Assembly: GCA_951406725.2 (NCBI GenBank)
Contig: OX597831.1
Coordinates: forward strand, 51,398,001-51,462,000
Length of the DNA: 64,000 nucleotides
Direction of reading: 5' to 3'
Source of the DNA: Octopus vulgaris
Lineage: Eukaryota
Part shown: piece by piece, positions 25,801 through 37,245 of the stretch
Position numbering within the stretch: the stretch's first letter is position 1
Layout: each line of letters begins with the position of its first letter
Translations under genes and position numbers: made by a program
Notes under the pieces: model-generated
The model's database searches: none
What the model was told of the DNA's origin: nothing
Seen by the model: only the letters and a program-made list of their open reading frames with translations

Positions 25801-28800
25801 ACAATGGTTGAAATAATGGATTCAAACTATTTCAACAGTGTTGCCTTGATATCTTCTTCCAGGTGCTTAAGTACATTTGTGTGGCCAAACTTTTGTAGTT
25901 TAAAGTAAGTGTTAGGCTAGATACCTAAATCTTAAGGCTAAGGCCAGCACCATGGATTGGAAAGCGTGGAATAATATCATCACCAGACTCTATCATCCAG
26001 TGGTACCCACAGCAGCATATTGGTTGAGAGGACAGCCTCCCGCTCTAGTTGCCAGCTAGGGATTTAAGAAGGAGAAGAAGTACAATCTTAACTCAAATTC
26101 TGGACTGATCTAGCTATTTAACAACCTTTTCTGAAATATTCTGCTTCTAACACCTCAATCTCAAACAGAACTGCTTTGTGTGAGAACAATCTTGGGTAGT
26201 ATATGTTTAAAAACGTCAACTAAAAATAATTCCCTTTCTTTTTTTTTAATGACTGGCATAAGGAAAAATCTCTGGTTATACTAATATTTATTCTAGCAAT
26301 TTATCGAAGTTATGTCAGCATAAGACTAATTACACTTGAAGAAAAATTAAGTTGAATATTGTCTGTTAATGCGCAATGTGAATGTTTGGTACAAACTAAG
26401 TACAAATAAAAGCTGGGTAAAAAAAGTATGTAATGGGATTGTTAACATATAAGTAGATTGCCTCAGTGAGCTTGGGCCCTTTGAAAGTTTTGGCTTAAAT
26501 ATGAATTGATATAAAATTAAAATATATATGGAATTGAATTACATTCCAAGACTTTTCATTCCAGTTCTGAGTTGGAGCCTGCATATTGTTCTTTTTTCTG
26601 AGGGTGATGCCTTGTATTAGTTAGCTACATGCCACATATCTTACAGAAATGGGGACTGACTGGGACTCAGTTCGGAGGGTTACCAAGAAAGGGCTGAGCA
26701 AATACTGACAAACGGTGGATGCAGCAATGTGCTGCAAGGGTGCATGTCCCCATACTTGACCTGACTTGACTATTCATTCTGTTGCTTATTTAAAACTAAT
26801 GTTTCCATTAGTTATTAAACTTAATGGTTTACTGTTTGTCATAATAATTATGGTGATAGTATTGATGATGATAATAAAGATGTTGATAAGTGGATGTAAA
26901 CATGTTTTTATTAATATTATAATTTTTCAGACTGCTAACTGCATCTTTCAAGATGAGAAAAAAATTAATATTTGAATCTACATAAGCCTTTCCACTATAG
27001 GTGCAAGGCCTGAAAATTTTGGAAGAGAGATTTGGTCAATTACATTGGAAGAGAGACTTGGTCAAGTACATTGACAACTGTACTTATTTTATTGACCCCA
27101 AAAGGATGAATGGTGCAGTCAGCCTCAGCAGCACTTGAACTCAGAACTTAAATCCTGAAGAAATACTAAGCATTTTGTCTGGCATGCTAACAATTTTGCC
27201 AGTTTGCCACCTTATTTGGATTACATAATGTAGATGAAGTACTGGTTTCAAATTTTGGCACAAGGCCAGCAATTTTGGAGGATGTGGGATAGTCAATTAC
27301 ATTGACTCTAGTCTGCAACTGGTACTTATTTTAGCGACCAAAAGGATGAAAGGCAGAGTTGACTTCAGTGAAATTTGAACTGAGTATGTAAAGATGGATG
27401 AAATTTTGCCTGGTGTGATAACAATTCTGCCAGTTTCCCACCATAGTGTATGGAGTTGGTGCATAATTAACGACCGTTTTATTATTTAATTTGCAATAGT
27501 TTTATTTAAAACTTAGATTAAGAAAATGGTTGTTAATTATGTACCAACCAAATAGATGAAATAATCATTTTTTTTCATCTTCAGAGATAAGATTAATGGC
27601 CTCCTCTTCCTCCAATGACTTTTTTAATGATAACTCATTTTAAGCATGTAAATCAATGGAAACTGCAGTTGCGATCCCAGTGCCGGTGGCACGTAAAAAG
27701 CACCATCCGAACGTGGCCGATGCCAGCGCCACCTAGACTGGCTTCCGTGCAGGTGGCACGTAAAAAGCACCATCCGAACGTGGCCGATGCCAGTGCCGCC
27801 TAGACTGGCTTCCGTGCAGGTGGCATGTAAAAAGCACCATCCGAACGTGGCCGATGCCAGCACCGCCTTGAATGGCTTCTGTGCCGGTGGCACGTAAAAA
27901 GCACCATCCGATCGTGGCCGTTGCCAGCCTCGCCTGGCACGTAAAAAGCACGCACTACACTCACAGAGTGGTTGGCATTAGGAAGGGCATCCAGCTGTAG
28001 AAACACTGCCAGATCAGACTGGAGCCTGGTGCAGCCTTCTGGCTTCCCAGATCCCCGGTCGAACCATCCAACCCCTGCTAGCATGGAGAACGGACGTTAA
28101 ACGATGATGATGATGATAATTATTTTTTGTTCTAATTTAAGGAAATACGGTCTTTAAATATGTTATATTTCTTTTCATATTTTATACAGATCATTTGATG
28201 AATCAATGTCAAGCTTAAATTCAAGCAAGAAGTGGACAACTAAACTGAGCAGTGCTGGTTTGGTGTATTACCATTTTGGTGAACGTATCATCCAGAATAT
28301 TTTGAAATGTGGCAAAGAAGACAATAAAATTGTGACGATAATTTTTGATAAAGTTTACGAACGTTTCATTGAAGAAATAGATGGGATAGACAATGGAATC
28401 AATCAGTGTGATTGTACACCAAAGTAACTACAAAAAATGTTTCTTGTTTTTTTATTTTTGCACATTTTCTCTATCTTTTTGTCTCTTTTGGTGTGTGAAT
28501 ATGAAAATGTTTGTAATCAGTATTAAATGCATATATAGTTAATGTATATATAACACTATCCGACTCGTGGCCAATGCCAGCGCCGCCTCTACTGGCTTCC
28601 GTGCCGGTGGCACGTAAAATACACCAATCTGACCGTACGACAGGCACCCATGCCAACCCCCTTGCTTGTGAAGACATGTTGGGGCAAGCGAAATCGAATT
28701 GAACCAGCCAGGATCCCTGGTCTGGTGGTACGTAAAAAGCACTATCCGACTCGTGGCCGATGCCAGCTCCGCCTCGTCTGGCTTCCGTGCCGGTGGCACA

Positions 28801-31800
28801 TAAAATACATCAATCCGACCGTGGCCGTTGCCAGCCTCGCCTGGCACCTGTTCAGGTGGCATGTAAAAAGCACCCACTACACTCACAGAGTGGTTGGCGT
28901 TAGGAAGGGCATCCAGCTGTAGAAACACTGCCAGATAAGACTGGAGCCTGGTGCAGCCTTCTGGCTTCCCAGATCCCCGGTCGAACCGTCCAACCCATGC
29001 TAGCATGGAGAACGGACGTTAAACGATGATGATGATAAGGTGCAGGCATAGCTGTGTGGTAAGAAGATTACTTCCCAACCACGTGGTTTGGGGTTCAGTC
29101 CCACTGTGTGGAACTTTAGGCAAGTGTCTTCTACTATACCTTAAGGCTAACCAAAGCCTTGTCAGTGGGTTTGGTGGATGAGGCACAAGTCCAGGCAAGG
29201 TTGTTTATGGAAGACCAGCAGACACCCATGCATACCAACCTCCCCTCTCCATGCCACTGACGTTATCCAAGAGAAAGGCAAAGGCTGATACAGCTTGGCT
29301 CCTGAGATGCCACAACTCATTTCTACAGCTGAGCAACATGAAATAAAGTGTCTAACCTAAGGCTAACCAAAGCCTTGTCAGTGGGTTTGGTGGATGAGGC
29401 ACAAGTCCAGGCAAGGTTGTTTATGGAAGACTAGCAGTCACCCATGCATACCAACCTCCCCTCTCCGTGCCACTGACGTTATCCAAGAGAAAGGCAAAGG
29501 CTGATACAGCTTGGCTCCTGAGATGCCACAACTCATTTCTACAGCTGAGCAACATGAAATAAAGTGTCTAACCTAAGGCTAACCAAAGCCTTGTCAGTGG
29601 GTTTGGTGGATGAGGCACAAGTCCAGGCAAGGTTGTTTATGGAAGACTAGCAGTCACCCATGCATACCAACCTCCCCTCTCCGTGCCACTGACGTTATCC
29701 AAGAGAAAGGCAAAGGCTGATACAGCTTGGCTCCTGAGATGCCACAACTCATTTCTACAGCTGAGCAACATGAAATAAAGTGTCTAACCTAAGGCTAACC
29801 AAAGCCTTGTCAGTGGGTTTGGTGGATGAGGCACAAGTCCAGGCAAGGTTGTTTATGGAAGACTAGCAGTCACCCATGCATACCAACCTCCCCTCTCCGT
29901 GCCACTGACGTTATCCAAGAGAAAGGCAAAGGCTGATACAGCTTGGCTCCTGAGATGCCACAACTCATTTCTACAGCTGAGCAACATGAAATAAAGTGTC
30001 TAACCTAAGGCTAACCAAAGCCTTGTCAGTGGGTTTGGTGGATGAGGCACAAGTCCAGGCAAGGTTGTTTATGGAAGACTAGCAGTCACCCATGCATACC
30101 AACCTCCCTCTCCGTGCCACTGACGTTATCCAAGAGAAAGGCAAAGGCTGATACAGCTTGGCTCCAGAGATGCCACAACTCATTTCTACAGCTGAGCAAC
30201 ATGAAATAAAGTGTCTTATTCAGGAACACAACACACAGCCTGGTCTGGAGATCAAACTCACTACCTCATGATTGTGAGCTCCATGCTCTAACCACTGAGC
30301 CAAGCACCTTCACAGGGATCCTGTATAGGTTTACAATATAAGAGAGGTAAATAAAATACAAGTAAGCAAAAAAGTGTTTATTCCAGCAGGGTTTGATCTC
30401 AAGAAAGTGAGGTAGTGAAGAACTAATTCTTTTATAAAATACTTAATTGCATTAAACACCATCTGTGCTGTCACCATTATTTAATTGGAACAAAACAGGA
30501 GATTAGCAGAATCAGTGGAGCATAAGACAAAATTGCCTTGTGATAATTAGTTACTTTTAGGTTTCTGATTCATTAAAATAAAGTACCTGTTATGTACTGG
30601 GGTTGGGTCTTGTGCTTATGTTAAAAACCATTTTTTATTTAACAAGAACTAAAAAGCAGTTTTAGAAGATCCTTTAAGATAGTATTCAAATTAATCACAC
30701 AAACACTGTAAAAATGTACAAATATATTTTAATATAAGTATCCTTATTTTATTTTATTGTCTTTTGTAGATACGTTATTTCAACAAATCTCTCCAGTCGA
30801 GTTTCACGTTTGAATCCAGCGTGGAATTGCAGTGACACTAACGAAGAAGTATGTTTGATTTAAGTTTTATTATGTTCAATAATTGTTAATTATTTTATAT
30901 TAGCATTTCAAGGCAGTGCACTGTGAGAAACATTAGCATGCCAGACAAATGCTTAGCGGCATTTCATCCATCTTTATGTCCTGAGTCCAGATTTCGGTGA
31001 GGACGACTTTGCCTTTCATCCTTTCAGGGTTGATGAAATAAGTACCAGCTGAATACAGGGGTCAAAGTATTGACTGGCCCCTGACTCCCAAAATTTCAGG
31101 CCTTGTGCCTATGGTAGAAAGGATTTTATATTAGCATTTTCTTATTCTTAATTTATTCTTGTGCTGGTTATAGTTTCAAGATGATTAATATAACTTCTAG
31201 TTTTTTCTTTATTGCTCTAATGGGAAGTGTGATTAGATTTAGTTAAATAACTCTGACTGAACCCGTTAGTGTTCAGACCGGCAGAAAATAATTCCCCTTT
31301 ATTTGTTTGAACTGGCCAAATCCGGCTGTATCTGATTTCTCTACAAAATCACTAAAAAAATAAATCACATTATTGAATTCTCATAGTTTTGAGATAATGC
31401 AGGATAAAGTCTTTCTTGCCTTTATTCAAGTAACAATACAGTGACATTTTGGAGACTTCTTGGTTGTTTTCAACATTTGAAGAGAAGTGTATATCTTAGT
31501 TTTTAATGATATGGCGTAAATCGATTTACACCTGTTAATTAAATTTACCTGCCCATAAAAGTCAAATTTAATCAGAAAGATCAGCTAAAATTACATAACT
31601 ATAAACCACTGTTATATAAGCACCTGCTGACAAAATTTCAAATCTGTATGTAAAAAATTAACCAAGTTACAAGCAAATATTGTTGAGACCCCTCTTGAAC
31701 CTGAATACAAAATAATGTGAACAAATAAGCATTACATTTGACAGATTAACTGAAGGGTTAAACATTTACATTTTCCTCATGTAGCTCTATTTTTGAAGTT

Positions 31801-34800
31801 AAACGTTTTTTTGTCTATTTTACTAACTTGTGCATACATGGGCTTTCTTACAAATTCTCATGACATATTCTGTGGAGCTAGAAAATTTACATACTAGAAA
31901 ATTTACATACTTCTCTTGCATTGTATTGAAACACAATAGTTTCATAATAAGCATATCTTCTCTTAAATATTTAAGTACACAATCAACTAACTTTCTTTTT
32001 GTATTTGATGAAATATACTGTGTAACACAATTTTTGTCCATAGCTAGCAATTATTATTTCCTAGAAAGTATGAAAAATGGTTAATATTTCCTTCAAACTT
32101 TGCTTTTGTTACAATTATTCAAACTCCAAAGAATCTCTCTCAACACATGGCTATGATGCTCCCCCACTTCTGCTGCTCATAATTAGAGATGCACATATTA
32201 TCACCACTAAGGGACATGCTCAAGCGATTAAGATCAAGCAACTGACAAGCAAATCTGTGATATTGAGCAGAATATTTGTTATAAAGATATTTCTGCTTCA
32301 GCAACTTAAAGATGAATTTGTCTGAAATATAATGGAAAATTGGTCAGTTTCAAAACATTGATGTCCAGATCACTAAAAGCAAAGTTTGAAGGAAATAGTA
32401 ATCATTTCCTTTGATTTCTAGATAGAAGCAAATAAGAAATAACACTTATTGACCAAAGACAAAAAAATTTTTTTTATTTTGTAACATCTTTTAAAATCTC
32501 CTCCAGGATCAGTTTAAGAAAGCTATGGAGCTAGTTGGCAGTGAATTTCTTGAGCGAGTGACATTTTATAAGAATTCATGGATTCCTGCAAGAAAAATTG
32601 TCAAACAAGCAATAGAAGAAAGATACGAGGTTTGTTTTGTTTATAAGATTTTAAATTCATTTCTTTATAGATTTTATATCAATGATAAATCATTTGTGTG
32701 TGTGTACAAATGAATAGAAAATCATAATGTATGTATTACAGTTTATTCAAGGATGTGGGTTCTGCAACTTTTCGCTGAACAACCTGCACAGGCGATTTGT
32801 TTATAATGATCAAACGTTTGCACTGTACGTCAGCTCACTCCCTTTGTCAAATCAACATTACCTGTACAGGTGCATGGTGTAGCACATGTCAGGAGTCAAA
32901 GTGATTGCAGAGCAATGTGAGATGAAATTCTTTACTCAAGAACACAATACATCGCTCAGTCCAGGGATTGAAACTGTAACCATGAGTACAACCTAACTAC
33001 TTGGCCATGTGCCCTCACACACTCATTGTTCATATTTGATACCTTCCAGGTGTGGCTGTGTGGTAAGAAGCTGGCAGAAACGTTAGCACGCTAGGCAAAA
33101 TGCTTTGCGGTATTTTGTCTGCCGTTACGTTCTGAGTTCAAATTCCGCCACGGTCAACTTTGCCTTTCATCCTTTTGGGGTTGATAAATTAAGTACCAGT
33201 TACGCACTGGGGTCGATGTAATCGACTTAATCCCTTTTTCTGTCCTTGTTCGTCCCCTCTATGTTTAGCCCCTTGTGGGCAATAAAGAAAAAAGAAGCTT
33301 GCTTCCCAACCACATGGTTCCATGTACAGCTCCACTGCATGGCACCTTGGGCAAATGTCTTCAACTATAGCCTCAGATTGGCCAAAGCCTTGTGAGTGGA
33401 TTTAGTAGATGGAACCTGTATGTGTGTGTTTGTGTCTGTGATTGCTCCCCCCTACCCTCACTGATTGACAACTGGTGATGGTGTGTTCATGTCCCCGTAA
33501 TTTAGTTGTTCAGCAAAAGAAACCGATAAAATAAATACTGAAGTTGATACATTAGACTAAAAATAAATTCGCCAAGGTGATGCTGCAGCATGGCTGTGGT
33601 CTAATGACTGAACCAAGTAAAAGATAAAAGATACAAACACACACACGCACAAATGCTTAGGGAAAATACAAAGATGTTTGCTAAACTAACAATTAATGCT
33701 TATTCTTTATTAATATTTTCTCTCCAGGTTGACAAAAGTGGAGAGGTTCTCTTACTAAAGAATGGTGGTTGTCCATGGAAAGACCATCTACTTTCATTAG
33801 AACCTGAAATGGATATAAGTCCAAAGATAAAATATGTTCTCTTCACTGACCAAAATGGCTGTTGGCGTATTATGTGTGTTCCTGTAGAATTGGGATCTTT
33901 CACTAATCGGTAAGAAATTTGTTTTTACAACATTCACTGTTTATGAAGGCACAGGCATGGTTATGTAGTTGAAAAGTTTGGTTCTGGGTTCAGTCTTTCT
34001 GCATGGCACTTATAGCGTCTTCTGCTATAGCCCCATGTTGACTAAAGCCTTAGGTGTGAATCTGATAGACAAAAACTGAAAGAAGCCCATCATATGTGTG
34101 TGCCCCAGCATGGCCACGGTCTAATGACTGAAGTAAAAGATAAAAGAAGTTAGTGTGGCCTGTGCCAGGGGTGTAACCAGCCTACTTATGTGTACCTTTC
34201 CTCCATTGGACACTAAACTCTGCTTGCAAAGACCTGTTGAGGCAAGTGAAATCGAAATTAAATTCAATGACTGGCATCCATGCTAGTGGACCGCTAAGAG
34301 TACCATACGAGCGTGATCGTTGCCAGAGCAACAAGCTGGCCTCCATGCCAGTGTCATGTAAAAAGCACCATTTGAGTGTGATTGTTACCTGCGTCGCCTT
34401 ACTGGCACTTGTGCTGGTGGCACGTGAAAAAACATTCGATCGAGGTCGTTGCCAGTGCCGCTGGACTGGCTCCTGTGCAGGTGGCACATAAAAAGCACCA
34501 TTTGAGAGTGGCCATTGACAGTACCGCCTGACTGGCCCACATGCCGGTGGCACATAAAAGCACCCACTACACTCGGAGTGGTTGGCATTAGGAAGGGCAT
34601 CCAGCTGTAGAAACTCTACCAGATCAGATTGGAGTCTGGTGCAGCCATCTGGTTCAAATCGTCAGTCAAATCGTCCAACCCATGCTAGCATGGAAAGCGG
34701 ATGTTAAACAATGATGATGAGTGTTGGTTATCCTAAGCCTTGTTAGAAGAAGTGGGTTGGCAAAAACTTTTAGATGTGTCGTATCTGTAATTCAAAGACC

Positions 34801-35219
34801 CAGCCTTGTCACATTGAATCTGCTTGACAACTATGTTAAGAATGCACATGTCTGTGGAATACTCAGCCATTAATATGCAGGTTTTATAACAGGTAGTTCA
34901 TTTAATCAAACAACTGAATACTTATCATTTACTGTGTTTTCTGTAGGCTGATATCCAAAAATCTTTTCAAAACTGTTTTAATTCTAACTCTTTTTCATTT
35001 TTTCAAAATTCAAAATTTATCCTCTCCTTTTTCTTTTCTTCTTGCAGACTGTCTCTCCCTGATGAATGGCGTGGATTGCGAAATGAAGAACTGAGTGAAA
35101 AAAGTGGTATTAAAGGGTGTATTTTTGTCCATGCAGGAGGTTTCATAGGTGGAAACAAGACATATGATGGAATTATTCAAATGGTGCAAATTGCTCTTGC
35201 TCAGAAAAGAGACGAATAA
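17962..35219 (+). CDS. MYG1: MYG1 (UPF0160 / melanocyte proliferating gene 1) DHH-family 3'-5' RNA exonuclease; 8 coding exons: 17962-18062, 23695-23850, 24964-25059, 28190-28423, 30770-30848, 32507-32629, 33728-33909, 35048-35219 (1143 nt, 380 aa)
   Basis: The spliced translation has the MYG1 signatures [39 protein letters not shown]...[77 protein letters not shown]. All introns are GT-AG and all phases join in frame. Confidence 0.96.
18459..20153. repeat. interleaved inverted repeats A-B-A'-B' (A 18459-18713, B 18715-19270, A' 19270-19524, B' 19526-20153)
   Basis: GGCGAAGTTTCGCATGTCGTAG (18459) vs CTACGACATGCGAAACTTCGCC (19524); GGCATAGTTTCGGTTG (18715) vs CAACCGAAACTATGCC (20153); shared ~220-bp core with CA/TG microsatellite cassettes. 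Confidence 0.9.
20285..20970. repeat. 686-bp palindrome with no spacer
   Basis: Centre ATCGTAA|TTACGAT at 20627/20628; ends GTTTTCCGTC (20285) and GACGGAAAAC (20970) are equidistant from the centre; no mismatch seen by eye. Confidence 0.93.
21308..21745 (-). repeat. additional, more diverged copy of the intron-1 repeat unit
   Basis: Matches 20630-20970 with small indels. Confidence 0.85.
22030..22745. repeat. foldback-like element: three direct ~150-170-bp units followed by two inverted units
   Basis: CCCGGTCACAAAAATGA at ~22036 and ~22206 vs TCATTTTTGTGACC at ~22579; AATTCACACGA..GGATCCGAAAACTCAACGTTAACACC vs GGTGTTAACGTTGAGTTTTTGGATCC..TCGTGTGAATT. Confidence 0.8.
22842..22931 (+). pseudogene. 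tRNA-like sequence (pseudo-tRNA or SINE head) with A box, B box and T-run terminator; truncated inverted copy at 22765-22826
   Basis: Cloverleaf: acceptor TGTACGT/GCATACA (6/7), D arm GTGT/GCAC, T loop GGTTCGAGT; the anticodon arm is irregular; T-run at 22923-22931. Confidence 0.6.
23122..23157 (-). ncRNA. degenerate minimal type-I hammerhead ribozyme motif (Penelope-associated type)
   Basis: The - strand reads CTTT-CTGTTGA-A-GAGC-ATAG-GCTT-GAAAC-ATA-AAAG: stem I, CUGnnGA core, stem II, GAAA and minimal stem III; deviations at A6 and in stem III. Confidence 0.45.
23695..23850 (+). CDS. MYG1: MYG1 exon 2 ([52 protein letters not shown])
   Basis: Acceptor ttactttgcag|, donor AG|GTAAAT; conserved [10 protein letters not shown] metal-binding motif. 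Confidence 0.95.
24964..25059 (+). CDS. MYG1: MYG1 exon 3 ([32 protein letters not shown])
   Basis: ttccag| acceptor, CG|GTAAG donor; contains DVGG and the DHH motif. Confidence 0.96.
27680..28118 (+). mobile_element. RTE-tail retroposon with 4+ tandem 67-bp internal units
   Basis: Units start at 27680, 27747, 27814 and 27881; same 3' end and (GAT)n tail as the RTE at 36525. Confidence 0.85.
28190..28423 (+). CDS. MYG1: MYG1 exon 4 ([31 protein letters not shown]...[17 protein letters not shown])
   Basis: atacag| acceptor, AA|GTAACT donor; overlaps ORF 28206..28427. Confidence 0.96.
28555..29036 (+). mobile_element. RTE-tail retroposon copy
   Basis: Near-identical 3' end to the 27680 copy, with a (GAT)n tail. 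Confidence 0.85.
29140..30216. repeat. tandem array of 5 x 216 bp, near-identical units, in MYG1 intron 4
   Basis: The unit marker (c/t)TAAGGCTAACCAAAGCC occurs at 29141, 29357, 29573, 29789 and 30005 (spacing 216). Confidence 0.95.
30770..30848 (+). CDS. MYG1: MYG1 exon 5 ([27 protein letters not shown])
   Basis: ttttgtag| acceptor, GAA|GTATGT donor; LS.RV.RLNP.WN motif. Confidence 0.95.
32507..32629 (+). CDS. MYG1: MYG1 exon 6 ([41 protein letters not shown])
   Basis: ctccag| acceptor, GAG|GTTTGT donor, 41 codons in phase 0. Confidence 0.95.
33070..33291 (+). mobile_element. SINE family 2 nested in the head of a SINE family 1 copy (33050-33632)
   Basis: The family-1 head TGTGGCTGTGTGGTAAGAAG is interrupted and resumes at AAGAAGCTTGCTTCCCAACC (33292); AAGAAGCT is duplicated. 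Confidence 0.83.
33728..33909 (+). CDS. MYG1: MYG1 exon 7 ([21 protein letters not shown]...[15 protein letters not shown])
   Basis: ctccag| acceptor, CG|GTAAG donor; CPWK.HL motif. Confidence 0.96.
34152..34720 (+). mobile_element. RTE 3' UTR copy
   Basis: Colinear with 36765-37245. Confidence 0.85.
35048..35219 (+). CDS. MYG1: MYG1 exon 8, terminal ([57 protein letters not shown])
   Basis: cttgcag| acceptor; conserved WRGLR and FVH..GFIGG; TAA at 35217-35219. Confidence 0.96.
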
Positions 35220-36080
35220 ATCTTTCTTTTTTATCTTCATCTTTTACTTGTTCAGTCATTTGCAGCCATGCTGGGGCACCACCTTGTATGGTTTTAGTCG
35301 AGCAAATCGACCCAGGACTTATTTTTATAAGCCTGGTACTTATATTGGTCTCCTTTGCCGAACTGTTAAGTTACAAGGACATAAATACACCAACACTAGT
35401 TGTCATGCAGTGGAGGAGATTAGATATAAAGACACACACACACATATATGTATATGATGGACTTGTATAAGTTTCCATCTACCAAATTCACTCACAAGGC
35501 TTTGGTTGGCTCAAGGCCATAGTAGAAGACCCTTGGCCAAGGTTCCACACAGTGGGACTCAACCCGAAACCACATCGTTGGGAAGCAAGCTTCTTATCAC
35601 ACAGCCACACTTTGCCTGTGTTTATACATATATATATAGTCAAACATTGAATAAATGAACTTTAAGGAATACCAAACAACAAGAGCCTGTGCACATGGGA
35701 TGTGTTAATTTGACACTCAGTAAAAAGGGAGAATTTTGGGCATTTGGTGTATAGCTCTTCATCGAAAAAGAACAAAAAAGTCCAAAGAAAGAAAAAATCT
35801 TTTGGTATCTTTTGCTGAACTGCTAAGTTATGGGGATGTAAACACACCAACACTGGTTGTCAAGCGGTGTGGGGGGGGGGCAAATACAGACACAAAGACA
35901 CGTGTTAGGGAAGCAAACTTCTTACCACACAGTACATTTGTAGTTACATTGCTTGAAGGGTTTAGTTGATCAAATCAACTCTAATACTTATGCTATCAGT
36001 CTCTTTTTGCCAAAATGCTATGTTACAGGAACATAAATCAACACCAGTTGTCATTCATGTGATGGTGGTGGTGGTAGTAG

Positions 36081-36302
36081 CTGGCAGAATCGTTAGCATG
36101 CTGGGTGAAATGCGTAGCCGTATTTCATCTGCCGTTACGTTCTGAGTTCAAATTCCACCGAGGTCAACTTTGCCTTTCATCCTTTTGGGGTCGATAAATA
36201 AAGTACCAGTTACGCACTGGGGTCGATGTAATCGACTTAATCTGTGTGTCTGTCCTTGTTTGTCCTCTCTGTGTTTATCCCCTTGTGAGTAGTAAAGAAA
36301 TA
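36081..36302 (+). mobile_element. tRNA-derived SINE family 2 with an 11-bp TSD; other copies near 1686-1900, 10065-10285, 11360-11575, 13797-13963, 16028-16240, 26990-27445, 30910-31125, 40760-41180, 50278-50480, 52568-52765
   Basis: Head (GAG)CTGGCAGAA..GTTAGC, B box GAGTTCAAATTC, conserved block GCCTTTCATCCTTT.GGGGTCGATAAA..AAGTACCAG; TSD GGTGGTAGTAG at 36070-36080 and 36303-36313. Confidence 0.85.
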
Positions 36303-36524
36303 GGTGGTAGTAGGAGGGCAAACGCAAAAACACACACATACATTGGGCTTCTTTCAGTTTCTGTCTACCAAATCCACTGACAAGGCTTTGATCAGGGTCC
36401 AAGATTCAAACCAACCAGATCTGACCTCTCACACCTACCCAAAAATATCATTCCAGAAATAAACAATCACACCACTGAAATCTCAAAGCTATGACATGAT
36501 GCATGATCAATTCAAAATAGTTAG

Positions 36525-37245
36525 AAGTATCAGATGTGGTGTGCAAGGGAGATGACTGCGTTGGTATGGTCATGTGGTGAGAATGGATGAAGATAGCTGT
36601 GTGAAAAGGTGCCACACCCTAGCGGTTGAGGGAACCTGTGGAAGAGGTAGACCCAGGAAGACCTGGGATGTGGTGAAGCACGACCGAGGCAATGACTAGT
36701 GACTGAGACCCTTGGAAATATGCAGTACGTGATAAGACCCTGCAAGCCAAGTGAGACCATAACCTGTGGCCTATGCTAGGGGTGTAACCAGCCCACTTAT
36801 GCATACCTTTCTTTCATTGGACACTAATCTTTGCTTGCGAAGACCTGTTGAGGCAAGTGAAATCGAAATCGAATCAAATTCGATGACTGGCGTCCGTGCC
36901 GGTGGAGCACTAAGAGCACCACCTGAGCATGATCATTGCCAGAGCAGCTGACTAGCTTCCATGTCGGTGGCACATGAAAAAACATTCCAGTGAGGTCGTT
37001 GCCAGTGCTGCTGGACTGGCTCCTGTGCAGGTGGCACGTAAAAAATACCATTTGAGCGTGTCTGTTGCCAATACCGCCTGACTGGCCCTCGTACTGGTGG
37101 CACATAAAAGCACTCACTACACTCGGAGTGGTTGGCGTTAGGAAGGGCATCCAGCTGTAGAAACTCTGCCAGATCAGATTGGAGCCTGGTGTAGCCATCT
37201 GGTTCACCAGTCCATAGAAAGTGGACGTTAAACAATGATGATGAA
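36525..37245 (+). mobile_element. RTE-clade LINE 3' fragment (end of RT ORF, structured 3' UTR, (GAT)n tail), inserted in a TTAA MITE
   Basis: The + frame reads R*LRWYGHVVRMDEDSCVKRCHTLAVEGTCGRGRPRKTW (RTE C-terminal signature), followed by GTGCNGGTGGCAC repeats, GGTTGGCGTTAGGAAGGGCATCCAGCTGTAG and GTTAAACAATGATGATG. Confidence 0.88.

Noticed and set aside
27680-27950. Regularly spaced GTGCCGGTGGCACGTAAAAAGCACC repeats resembling a CRISPR array
   Set aside because: The spacers are copies of each other, the context is eukaryotic with no cas genes, and the units belong to an RTE 3' UTR.
29140-30216. 216-bp tandem array as a non-LTR retrozyme
   Set aside because: The size fits, but there is no CUGAnGA...GAAA hammerhead core on either strand, and the unit is fully explained by two SINE fragments.
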